A DNA stretch of 64,000 nt, filler included, from Basidiobolus ranarum (lineage: Eukaryota): assembly GCA_040143965.1 (NCBI GenBank). It is 22 parts of 22 records of this genome, joined end to end, with 100 filler letters (N's around TTAATTAATTAA, not from the genome) between each part and the next. Parts side by side here need not be neighbours in the genome. Positions count along the whole stretch, not along the records: positions 1 to 2,829 come from JASJQH010002940.1; positions 2,930 to 5,758 come from JASJQH010002941.1; positions 5,859 to 8,686 come from JASJQH010002942.1; positions 8,787 to 11,614 come from JASJQH010002943.1; 18 more parts are not named here. One strand, given 5' to 3'. The notes under the pieces were generated by a model that saw nothing but the letters and a program-made list of their open reading frames with translations, was not told where the DNA came from and made no database searches. The position numbers were made by a program, and so were the translations under genes. Within the stretch, counting starts at the first letter, position 1; each line of letters opens with the position of its first letter. Of this stretch, positions 1 through 11,714 are shown one piece after another.

Positions 1-1114
1 GAAGTCCTTTTTTGGCAATATTCAATTAAATGGCCTGGTTTCTTGCAATACTTGCAGAGGATTGATTTCCGATTATGGGCTCCAGTATTGAAGTCTGCTT
101 TAGGACTTACAGCTCCAAAAAATGCCTGTGCTGCATTATCTTGCTTAGAATTAGAACTCCTTAATTCCTCATTCAAAGGCCTAACACCAAAATATTCCAC
201 TATTAATGGCTCTGATCTTGATCATAGGGCAATCATGTGGTTCACAAACTTGTCTTGCAGGCTCCAAAGTTGTGTCATGACTACATCCGCTTCTTATAGA
301 GATGCTCCAATTGATGAGAGCTGATCTGCCACAGTTTTCATCTGACTTATATGATTAAGTACAGAATCATCAGAATTCATCTGGATTGAGAATAATTTTC
401 ACCCAAGATGTGGCCTATTAGCCAGATACTTTGTCTCACAAAGTTCCTCAAGTGTTTCCCAAGCAGTTTGGACATATTTGGCTGATTTTATCTGCCCAAA
501 TTGAGAGTCTCTGAGATGTAGACAAAGTGTAGAGAGTGCTTTCCACTGCTTCTTGTGAAAGGCAAGGATAGATTCTGGTGGTCCCTCTGGCTCCATTTCT
601 TCTCCTGTAACAAATCACCAGAGGTCCTTGTCTTCTAGCACCATTGGCATCTTGAACTACCAAACATGAAAGTATTGACCATCAAACTTGTTTGTTGATG
701 CATAGACATTGGTAATAGTACTGGTAGACATTCCTTCAACAGCAAGCTTGGGGCTCATGACCTGAAAAAAGTATTCAGGGGATTCAGAAGTGCTTTGGAC
801 AAGCTTTAGAATTGTGAATTTGACACTTACGTTTTATTGAACTGAACATGACCTATTTAGAGTTAGCTATGAAATAGGACTATTCAACAAGCTAAAATCA
901 TAACAAACATACCTGTTAGTCATGGGTGAAAATTTGAGGTGATTTGGAGAAGTTTTGAGCCAATAGTGAAAATTAGTAAAAGTGATCTAATCAATATTTC
1001 TATCAAATAGTGCAATAAACACAAGTTTTTGGATGGCAGAATTGAGTGCTAAATGATTAGAATATGAAAAAACTAACTACCAAATAGTGAGTTGCTATTT
1101 ACCTAATTTTAACA
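1..1114 (-). mobile_element. Ty1/copia family A: 5' LTR (~763-1114), PBS and decayed gag
   Basis: The minus strand gives the LTR, then GGTCATGAGCCC, then gag remnants (KFDG..WKFKM, ALSTLCLHLRDSQ, zinc knuckle CKYCKKPGH) with stops. Confidence 0.9.
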
Positions 1115-1583
1115 GCAGTTTGGACATTTTTGGCTGATTGTATATGCCTCAATTGAGAGTCTCTGAGATGTAAACAAAGTGTATGAAGTGCTTTCCTCTA
1201 CTTCTTGTTAAAGGCAAGGATAGCTTTTAGTGAACACTTTGGCTTTATTCCTACTCCTGTAACAAATGCCCAAAGATATTTGTCTTCTAGCACCATTTGC
1301 ATCTTGACCTTACAAAGTTGAAAGTTTTCCCTAGCAAACTTCTCTATGATGCAAAAACATTTGTAATAATACTGGTTAATATTAATTCAACAGCCAGCTT
1401 GTGCCTCATAACCTGACAAAAGTGTTTAGGGGATTTGAAAGTGTTGCAGAAAAGACTTGGATTTGTGATTTTAACACTTACGCTTTATTGAATTGAATAT
1501 ATACTATTCATAGTTTACTATGAAATAGGACTATTGGACATGCTTAGATGATAACAAATCTGCCTGTTAAGCATGGGTGAAAA
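1115..1583 (-). mobile_element. Copia family A fragment (gag start plus partial LTR) interrupted by the neighbouring copy
   Basis: Near-duplicate of about 462-930 on the same strand. Confidence 0.85.
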
Positions 1584-1615
1584 CACAATTCCACCAAAAT
1601 TTCAGCTCTATTTAC

Positions 1616-2829
1616 TATTGAAATTAGATAAATTGCAACTCATTATTTACTAGTTTGTATACTCATACTATGATTATTTAGCTCTCAACTCTGCCATTAA
1701 AAAATGCATGTTTATTGCAATAATCAATAGCAATATGAATTGGATCACTCTAACAATTTTTACTATTTTCTCAAAACCTGTCCAAATCAACTCAAATTCT
1801 CACACATGCTTAACAGGCATGTTTGTTATGATCTTAGCATGTCTAATAGTCTTATCTCATAGTAAACCATCAATAGGTCATATTCAATTCAATAAAACTG
1901 AAGTGTCTAATTCACAATTCCAAATCTTGCCCAAAACACTTCCAGATCCCCTAAATGCCTTTATCAGGTTATGAGCCCCAAGCTAGCTGTTACAGGAATG
2001 TCTACAAGTACTAGTACAAACATTTTTGCATCCACAGAGAAGTTTGATGGTGGAGACTTTTACCTTTGGAAGTTTGAGATGCAAATGGTGTTAGAAGACA
2101 AAGATCTTTGGGGATTTGCGACTGGAGAATACTAAAGCTAGAGAGACCACCAGAAGCTATCCTTGCCTTTCACAAGAAGCAGAGGAAAGAACTCCTTACA
2201 CTTCATGTACTTCTCAAAGATTGTCAATTGAAGAAAATACAATCAGTTAAAAACATCTGGAATGCTTGGGAAACACTTGAGGGACTATATGAGACTAATG
2301 GTCTGGCTGATAGATTATATCTTTGGTGAACATTATTCTCAAATCAGAAGAAATAGAATGATTTGGCGCTTAGTTGCATAAATCAGATAAAACTATGGCA
2401 GATCAAATCTTATCCATTGGAGCACCTCAAAATGGAAATGACTTAGTTGTGACAATACTTGGAAGCCTGCCAGATGGGTTGGGGAACTTTACAATTGTGC
2501 TAGAATCAAGATCAGAGCCAATAACATTGGAATAAGTTGGTACTAAGCTTTTGAAAGAAGAATTAAGGAGATCTAATTCTCAGCAAAATGATGCAGATCA
2601 GGCATTTTTTGGAGCTGTAAACATCCAACAGGCTACAGTAACGGTGCCCATAATAGCAAATCAATTATCTGCAAGTATTGTAAGAAACCAGGCCATATAA
2701 TTAAAAATTGCAGAAAAAGGATTTTTGCCAAATAGTTCAAAGTGGAACAAGCAAATATAGTAAGCACCAATTAGGTTCATCTATTTGTGTCTGGCCTTTC
2801 AGGAACTACCAAAGCAGACTCAGAAATAT
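1616..2829 (+). mobile_element. Copia family A: 5' LTR (1616-1966), PBS (1967-1978), decayed gag
   Basis: The LTR ends in ...TTTATCA, followed by GGTTATGAGCCC. Gag reads EKFDGGDFYLWKFEMQMVLEDKDLWGF, with a CCHC knuckle CKYCKKPGHIIKNC near 2670-2712. Confidence 0.92.
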
Positions 2830-2929
2830 NNNNNNNNNNNNNNNNNNNNNNNNNNNNNNNNNNNNNNNNNNNNTTAATTAATTAANNNNNNNNNNNNNNN
2901 NNNNNNNNNNNNNNNNNNNNNNNNNNNNN
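2830..2929. other. Artificial contig spacer (N44-TTAATTAATTAA-N44), first of 21
   Basis: Identical 100-nt spacers also start at 5759, 8687, 11615, 14542, 17468, 20393, 23316, 26239, 29160, 32081, 35001, 37921, 40840, 43759, 46675, 49590, 52504, 55418, 58331 and 61243. TTAATTAATTAA gives stops in all six frames. The intervening contigs shrink from 2829 to 2812 bp. Confidence 0.99.
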
Positions 2930-5758
2930 TGTAAATAGCTTCTTTAACCACATAGCTTCTTGGGTAGTAGCAGGGGCAGCCATATACTCTGCTTCTGTAG
3001 TGGAAAGTGCTATGGCTGGTTGCTTCTTACTATTCTAAGTTATGGCTCCATTACCATAGAGAAAAGTTTATCCAGTTGTTAATCTTCTATCATCAAGGTT
3101 TCTTCCCCAGTCTGCATCACTGTAGCCTTCAAAAATTTGTGCTTCAGGAGTGGCAGAGTATTCCAGAACTAATTCTACAGTTCCTCTCAAATACCTGAAT
3201 ATTTGTTTTACTGCATTTTGTGCTCAGATCCTGGATTTTTGCGATTTGGTTGGCAGTTCCCACTGCCACAGCAATGTCTGGAGTTGTTCCAACCATTATA
3301 TACATTGAACTACCAATCATGGATTAATAAGGGAACTCCTGGCTTTGATTTGAGTCATTTTCGGCCAAATTGGAAGAAATTTTGATTAATTTCACATTGG
3401 GATCCATTGGTGTTGATACAGCCTTGCTATTCTTCATGTTGAAGCATTTTAGGATGTCTAGGATGTATCTAGACTGATTCAGCATGGTTTTTTTGATTGT
3501 GCTTATCCTACTTGATTTGGATTCCAAGAAACTAACTTAATTTACCCATATCAGTCATCAGAAATTGGTTTGATAAGCTGCTTTTTGTCTGATTAAATGC
3601 TTCTAGATCATTTGTAAGATAAAGATCCTATTTGCGGTTGTTTCAATGCAAATACTGTGATCTGCTGTGCATTTTTGGCATACCAGAGATTCCAGATCAG
3701 TATCTATCTTGTTGCACCATGCCCTGGGTACTTGTTTGCATCTGTAGAGTGATTTTTGCAGTTCACAGACCGTATCAGGTTGTTTTAGGTCAACAAATCA
3801 ATCTGGTTGCTCTACATAGATCTCTTCTTCTTGATTTCCATTTAGAAAGGCTGTTTTTACAACCATATGATGTAGATCAAGGTTATGGATGGCTGAGAGT
3901 CCCAGGATTGATCTAAAGGAGCTAACTTAGCTACTGGAGCAAAGGTTTCATAAAATCAACTCCTGGGGTCTGGGAATAGCCTTTTGTAACTAATCTTGCA
4001 TTGTACCTTTCTATGGTTCCATCAGCTTGGTTTTTGACTTTGTAGACCCATTTGCAACCTATTGGCTTTCTCCCTAATGGAAGAGTACTTAAAACCCATG
4101 TTTTATTGTCCTGAAGTTAAGAAAACTCATGTGACCTGGCTTTTTCTTACAGTTATGATTCTTAACACTCCAGAGCTTAGTCTGGTTTGTCACAGGATGC
4201 TGCATAGCATACACATAATCATTGGAAGTGTTCCACCAGTTTCCTTACTATTTTTCCTTCTGGATGATTTTCTGGGTCCTTAATCATTGTTTGATGTATT
4301 GGTACTGATATTTTGGTTGAATAGGGCTCAGATGCAGCTGAAATTCTGTCTGACACTTCCTGGGTAGTGCTGATTGAGTATTCTGGATCAAGAACCATGA
4401 TTTCAGGTGAAAAAGTGGCTTTTTCATCAAAAATCACATCTCTGCACTTGATTAACTCCTGTTTGCAGTATCAAACAGTGTGTTGTCCTTGGATCCATCA
4501 CATTAATCAAGAAATAGGCATTTTCTGCTTTTGGGTTCCAATATTGAGCATTTTTGAGCTGGAATTAGGCAATATGCTGAGCTATCAAAGATCCTGAGGT
4601 GATCAACACTTGGTGTTGATCCATGTAGGGCCTCAAATGGAGTAGAATTTCATAGCAATCTTGTTGGGCATCTCTTTTTGATATAGACTGCAGTGGAGAC
4701 AGATTCAGCCCAATATTGGTAATCTAACTTTTGATCATGTAGCATTGATCTGGCCATCTCCACTATAATCCTGTTGGCATGTTCTGCAACTCCATTTTGC
4801 TGTGGAGTATAAGGTACAGTAGTTTATTGCTTAATTCCATGTTTAGAGCAAAAACTAGGAAAGTCTTTAGAGCAGTATTCTGCACCTTTATCACTCCTTA
4901 GTACCCTTATTTTCTGTTCAGATTCTTTCTTTACCATTGCTATGTAGTGCTTGAATGTAGCCAAGGCTTCAGATTCTGAGTTGAGAAAGAATAACCAAGT
5001 ATATCTTGTTATGTCAACAACAAAGTTCATAAAGTACCTTTTCCCACCCAGTGAGATGTTTCTCATGGGCCCACATAGGTCAGAATGAATCAAGGAAATA
5101 TTCTGAGTGGATTTGATCTCTCCAGAGCCTGAAAATGGCTGTCTGTGAAGTTCTCCATATATGCAACATTTACATAGATCTAAATTAGTGGTATTTTTAA
5201 TTTCCCAGCCTGAAACAAGCTGATTTTCTGCAAATATAGCCCGATTTATATCATTAAGCATAGAATCATCAGTATTCATCTGAATTGAGAACAATTTTTG
5301 CCTAAGATATAGCCTATGAGCCAGACTTTTAGTCTCATATAGTCCCTCAAGTGCTTCCCAAGCATTTTGGACATTTTTGGCTGATTGTATGTGCCTCAAT
5401 TGAGAATCTCTGAGATGTAGACAAAGTGTAGAGAGTGCTTTCCTCTGCTTCTGGTGAAAGGTAAGGATAGCTTTTGGTGGTCCCTTTGACTCTATTTCTT
5501 CTACTGTAACAAATCCCCAAAAGTCCTTGTCTTCTAGCACCATTTGCATCTTGAACTTCCAAAGGGGAAAGTCTTCACCATCAAACTTCTCTGTAGATGC
5601 AAAATATTGGTAATAGTACTTGTAGACATTCCTTTAAGAGCTAGCAAGGGGCTCATAACCTGATAAAAGTGTTTAGGGGATTTGGAAGTGTTTTGGACAA
5701 GATTTGGATTTGTGAATTAGACACTTAAGTTTTATTGAATTGAATATGTCCTATTTAT
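2930..5758 (-). mobile_element. Decayed copia family A element (partial LTR, gag, integrase, RT, RNase H) with internal deletions
   Basis: ORF 4824-5549 fuses gag in frame to pre-integrase/integrase (IHSDLCGP, LRSDKGAEY). RT remnants (KARLVTKGYSQ) and RNase H remnants (YSDADWG, ALSTTEAEY) follow. The int-RT order is copia-type. Confidence 0.92.
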
Positions 5759-5858
5759 NNNNNNNNNNNNNNNNNNNNNNNNNNNNNNNNNNNNNNNNNN
5801 NNTTAATTAATTAANNNNNNNNNNNNNNNNNNNNNNNNNNNNNNNNNNNNNNNNNNNN

Positions 5859-8440
5859 ATCCTATTTCTCCGCTAGTTTTGTTTGTTTCTCTGCTTGTGT
5901 CTTTTGTAATAATGGAATTAAGCTACAAACTACTGTTCTGTACACTCCACTACAAAGGGGAGATGCAGAATGTGCTAATAGGACCATAGTTGAGATGGCA
6001 AGATCAAAGCTAGGTGATCATATGTTCCATTACCAGTATTGGGCTGAATCAGGCTCTACTGCCGTCTACATCAGAAGCAGATACCCAGCACAATTGCTAC
6101 AAATGTATATTCCATTTAGCACCCTCTATGGATCAAAACTAAGTGTGGATCATCTCACAAACTTTGGTTCCACATCATATTGCTTGATTCCAGATCAAAA
6201 TGCTAAGAACTTCAACCCAAAAAGCAGTAAATACATATTTCTTGCTTACTGTAATTAATCTAAGGCCTACAAACTGTGTGATACCAAAAAACAGAAGTCA
6301 ATTAAATGCAGAGATGAGATTTTTAATGAAAAAGCAAATTTTTCTACTTAAATCACATTCATTATCTGGAAAATGCAACCAGCACTATGCAGGAAATGTC
6401 TGATAAAATCCAGCTGCATCTGAGCCCAATTCAACCAAAATTTCAGCTCAATCATATCAGAGGATAATTCAGGACCTAGAAAATCTTCCAGAAGGTGAAA
6501 TTATATATTATGCAGCATTCTGTGGCAAACCACAAACTCTAGAGCAAGCCCTGAAGTGTCCAGAATCAAAATTATGGACAAAAGCAAGGTGTGATTATTT
6601 TTCATTGTTTCAGGACAACAAAGCATATGTGTTAACTTGTCAATCATCAGTGAGAAAGTCAATTGGTTGCAAATGGGTCTGTAAAGTGGAAGACAAGCTG
6701 ATGGAACCAAAGAAAAGAACAAAGCTAGAATAGTTGCAAAAAGGCTATTCCATGACTGCAGGAGTTGATTTTGATAACACTTTGCTCCACTGGCTAAGTT
6801 TAGTTCCATGAGATCAATCTCAGCATTCTCAGCCATGCATAACCTTTATTATCATCAATGGACATTACAATAGTCTTTCTGAATGGAAATCTAGAAGAAG
6901 AGAGCAATATGGAGTAGCGACAAAGTTTTGATGACCCAAAACACTATGATATAGTCTGTAAGCTGCAACAATTGCTACAAGAACTCAAGCAAGAGCCCAG
7001 GGCATGGTACAACAGCATAGGTACCTATTTGGAATCACTTGAATTCCAAAAATTCATAGCAGTTCACAGTACGTACATCAAAACAACTGGAATCACATTA
7101 CTTATGTTAGCAATATATGTGGATGACTTGGTCATAGCCACAAATGTTCTAGAAGCACTTAATTAGACAGAAAGCATCTTATCAAGCCAACTTTGGCTGA
7201 CTGCTATAGGTGAATTAGGTTATGTACTTCAAATCATATAATTAGTGATTATCTTGGAATCCAAATTCAGAAAAATAAACCCAATCAGAAACTCTTGCCA
7301 AATGAGTGTTAATATATTGTAGACATCCTAAAATGCTTCAACATAGAGAATAGTAAGCCTGTATTAACACCAATGGAGCCAAATGTGAATTAATCAAAAT
7401 TTCATCCAATTTGGCCAAAATGTCTCAAATCATAGCCAAGAGTTCCTTTATCAAGCCATGGTGGGTAGCTTTATGTATACAACAGCTGGAGCACAACCGG
7501 ACATTGCTGTGGCACTGGGAACTGTCATCCAATATCTCAAATATCCAGCATCTGAGCTAAAAACTACAGAAAAATAAGTAATCAGGTATTTAAGTGGAAC
7601 TGTAGATGTAGTTCTGTAATACTGTGACTCTCCTAATGCACAAAGTTTTAAAGGCTACAGTGATGCAAACTAGGGAAGAAACCATGATGATAGAAGATCA
7701 ACAACTGGGTACACTTTTCTCTATGGTTATGGTGCCATATATTGGAATAGTAAAAAGCAACAAACCTTAGCACTTTCCACTACAGAAGCTGAGTTCATGG
7801 CTGCCTCTGTGACTACACAAGAGGCAATGTGGTTAAGAAAGGTATTTACAGACTTAGGATACATGTAAAAACATGCCAATTCTATATTTGAAGATAATCA
7901 AAGGGGTATTTCCTTAGCTAAAAGCTGTACATTTCATGCTAGAACAAAACATACTGTTGTTAGGCATCACTTTGTTAGAGAGCAATAGAGAATGATATAA
8001 TTGAACTTGTCCATTGCTCCACTGAAGAAATGCTTGCTGATTTCATAGCCAAACCTTTTCCTAAAGAACAATTGGAACTATCAAAATAGCAGTTAGCTTT
8101 GAGAGAAATACAAAATAAGCACTTGAGTGGGAATGTTGAAATTAGGTAAATAGCAACTCATTGCTTATTAGCTAGTTTATTCATATTCTGATTGTTTAGC
8201 AATCAATATAACCATTCAAAAATGTTTGTTTATTGCTCTAATTAATAGAAATATCAATTACATCATTTTTACCAATTTTGACTACTTTCTCAAAACTTCT
8301 CCAGATCACCTCAAATTTTCACCCTTGCTCAGAAGGCTTGTTTTATATGAACTAAGCTCATCCATTAGTCCTATTTTACATTATACAAGAAATAAGACAT
8401 ATTCAATTCAATTAAACCTAAGGGTCTCAATCCATTTCAT
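5859..8440 (+). mobile_element. Decayed copia family A 3' half (integrase, RT, RNase H), PPT 8125-8133, 3' LTR from 8134
   Basis: Contains AECANRTIVEMARS, LAIYVDDLVIA and LSTTEAEFMA. GAGTGGGAA lies immediately before the LTR start TGTTGAAATTAGG. Confidence 0.92.
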
Positions 8441-8786
8441 CTACTAAATTAGAGACTATATTGATTAAGGACATAGTGTTGCCTCCTGACTCCCTCTTAT
8501 TTTAGGCAATTGTCTTCTTAGAAGCATCTTGTTGGAGGCAGAACATATTTGTGGTGTCTTCCAAGGCATTCCATACCTTCAGAAATAGTCATTACAGAGA
8601 GCGCAGGCTTTGGGCTTATAAGCTGTACAAGTATTTGGGAGCCATCAACCTTGTGCTTTGTGTTTGGCAGTTCTTGCCTCTGCAACNNNNNNNNNNNNNN
8701 NNNNNNNNNNNNNNNNNNNNNNNNNNNNNNTTAATTAATTAANNNNNNNNNNNNNNNNNNNNNNNNNNNNNNNNNNNNNNNNNNNN

Positions 8787-11614
8787 CACCAGCCCAACTC
8801 CTAAAAACATCTATAAAGCCAATATCTGTTGACAGTATTGCTGAAGAGCTGAAGCCTACAAAACCTATGGTTCATAAGCTTCCACCCAAATACCAAGCCT
8901 TTGCTGATGTCTTTGACAAGAAGAAATCTGATATACTCCCAGCTCACCGCCCATATGATTGCCCTATAGATCTACAAGAAGGAAAGCAACCACCATTTGG
9001 GCCTATATATGGGCTGACCCAGCCAGAACTCAAAGTTCTGAAGGAGTACATTGCAGAAAATCTAGAGAAAGGATTCATCCAACATTCAAAGTCCCCAGCA
9101 GGCTCTCCAATCTTGTTTGTTAAGAAAAAGGATGGATCCCTCCGTCTCTGTGTTGATTATCGAGGCCTAAATAGCATTACAGTCAAAAATCGGTACCCCT
9201 TGCCATTAATCAACTCACTCTTGGATCAGCTTGCTTCAGCCAAGGTGTTTACAAAGATTGATCTAAGAGGTGCTTACAATCTTGTAAGAATCAAACCAGG
9301 AGACCAATGGAAAACTGCCTTTCGAACTCGCTATGGACACTTTGAATACAATGTCATGCCATTTGGACTTACCAATGCCCCTGCAGTCTTTCAACACATG
9401 ATGAATGATATCTTCAGAGAGTATCTTGACCAATTTGTGGTAATCTACCTTGACGATATCTTGGTCTTCTCCAGCTCTCAAGAAGAACATAATATTCATG
9501 TTTCCCAAGTCCTAGAAAAGTTGAAAACCTCTGGGCTCTATGCTAAACTCGAGAAATGTGAATTTGATCAAGCTCAAGTTGAATTCCTTGGATATAACAT
9601 CAGCCCATCAGGCATCTCCATGGACCCTAAGAAGGTCGAATCTGTTCTGTCTTGGGATATTCCAAAGAATGTGAAAGATGTCCAATCTTTTCTTGGATTT
9701 GCAAACTTTTACCGACGTTTTGTCAAGAACTACTCCAAAATATCTGCTCCATTAACAAACCTTACCAAGAAAGAACTCCCGTTTGACTGGAACCCATCTT
9801 GCCAACAAGCATTTGTAACTTTAAAGGGTGCTTTCACCTCAGCACCAATCCTGGCACATCCCAAGCTAGACAAGCCATTTATTGTTGAAACTGATGCATC
9901 TGACTTTGCTCTAGGAGCAGTATTATCACAGTTTGATGATGACAACTTGCTACACCCTGTTGCCTTTTACTCAAGAAAGTTCTCTGCTGCAGAAATCAAC
10001 TATGACATCTATGACAAGGAACTATTAGCAATTATTGCTGCGTTTGAACAATGGCGACAATATTTAGATGGAGCAAATCACAAAATCACAGTTTATTGTG
10101 ATCACAAGAATCTTCAGTATTTTAGTACAACTAAAGTTCTCAACCGTCGTCAAGCAAGATGGTCATTATTTCTTGCCAGTTTTGATTTTGTGATCACATA
10201 TCGACCAGGCAGCCAGCAAGGAAAGCCTGATGCCTTATCACGTAGAGCAGAATATCAGCCTAAAGAAGGGGATGAGGCCTTTGGCCAACAAAATACTTCC
10301 TTACTGAAGCCCCACCAACTTCAAATTAATGCAACTGCCCTTTCTCTGCCCAGTTCAAGCACATTCCATGAAAACATCCGCAAACTTCAATCTGAAGACC
10401 CATTGGTAAAATCAATCAAGAAAGCCCAGGAAACACCCAAAGACCTCTCAAGCTTGAACCTGTACCGCCATTTCTCTATCATGAATGATCTCTTGTTTTA
10501 TAAGAAGCGACTTTACATTCCAGACCACACTTCCAGACTCAAAATCATGCAGGAAAGACATGACTCACCACTAGCAGGACACTTTGGTGTTGCCAAATCA
10601 TATATGTTGGTATCAAGGGATTATTGGTGGCCCAAAATGTTTGCATTTGTCAAGACTTATGTTTTGACCTGTGATACTTGTGCTCGAGTGAAGACTCCAA
10701 GACATCAGCCCTATGGCCTCCTACAGCCTCTTCCAATTCCTGATCAGCAGTGGAAATCCATATCCCTGGATTTCATAACTGATCTACCCTTGTCTGCTAA
10801 ATATGATTCAATTCTGGTAATTGTTGACCGTCTAACAAAGATGGCCCACTTTGTGCCCTGCAACAAGTCAATTGATGCAAAACAAACAGCAGAATTGGTA
10901 ACTCAAAACATCTTCCGCCTACATGGACTCCCTGAAACTATCATCTCTGACCGAGGACCTCAGTTTGCTTCCAAATTCTGGAAAAGTCTCCTCCATACCT
11001 TGGGTATCTCTGCCAATCTCTCCACTGCCTTCCATCCTCAATCTGATGGCCAAACAGAAAGAGTCAATCAAGTTTTGGAACAATATTTGCGATGCACTAT
11101 CAACTATAATCAGGATAATTGGACCCAACTCTTGCCTCTTGCTGAATTTGCATACAACAACTCTTATCATACCTCAACAAAGCAAACTCCTTTCTTTGCA
11201 AATTATGGATTCCATCCTCGTTTTACAATTGACCCACCATCCAATCTATCTTGCCCTGCTGCCTCAGACCATGCCACTTTCCTTAAGGATATCCATAAAC
11301 AATTAATATCGGAGTTGAAGCATGCTCAATCCCAATACAAGAACTTTGCTGATAAGAAAAGAAAGCCAAGCCCAGATCTCAAGCCAGGAGATTATGTTTG
11401 GCTACTCCGGAAGAATATCAAAACCACTAGACCTTGTGATAAACTTGATCATAAAAGACTAGGGCCTTTTAAGATTATTAAGCAAATCAATTCAGTAGCC
11501 TTCCGCCTTGAACTCCCAGCCCATTTCAAAGTCCACAATGTATTCCATGTGTCTCTCTTAGAGCCACATGCCAGAAACACCTTCCAGGGCCGATCCATTG
11601 ACCAACCACCAGCA
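8787..11614 (+). mobile_element. Intact Ty3/gypsy pol (RT, RNase H, integrase), Tf2/chromovirus-like, truncated by contig ends
   Basis: Uninterrupted ORF of >900 aa from 8867. RT: YNVMPFGLTNAP, YLDD. RNase H: ETDASDFALGAVL. Integrase: HHCC zinc finger, D,D35E core (SLDFIT, ISDRG, GQTERVNQ) and a GPF motif. Confidence 0.97.
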
Positions 11615-11714
11615 NNNNNNNNNNNNNNNNNNNNNNNNNNNNNNNNNNNNNNNNNNNNTTAATTAATTAANNNNNNNNNNNNNNNNNNNNNNNNNNNNNN
11701 NNNNNNNNNNNNNN

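Noticed and set aside
9263..11306. Short ORFs overlapping the gypsy pol
   Set aside because: Alternative-frame or antisense shadows of the long ORF.
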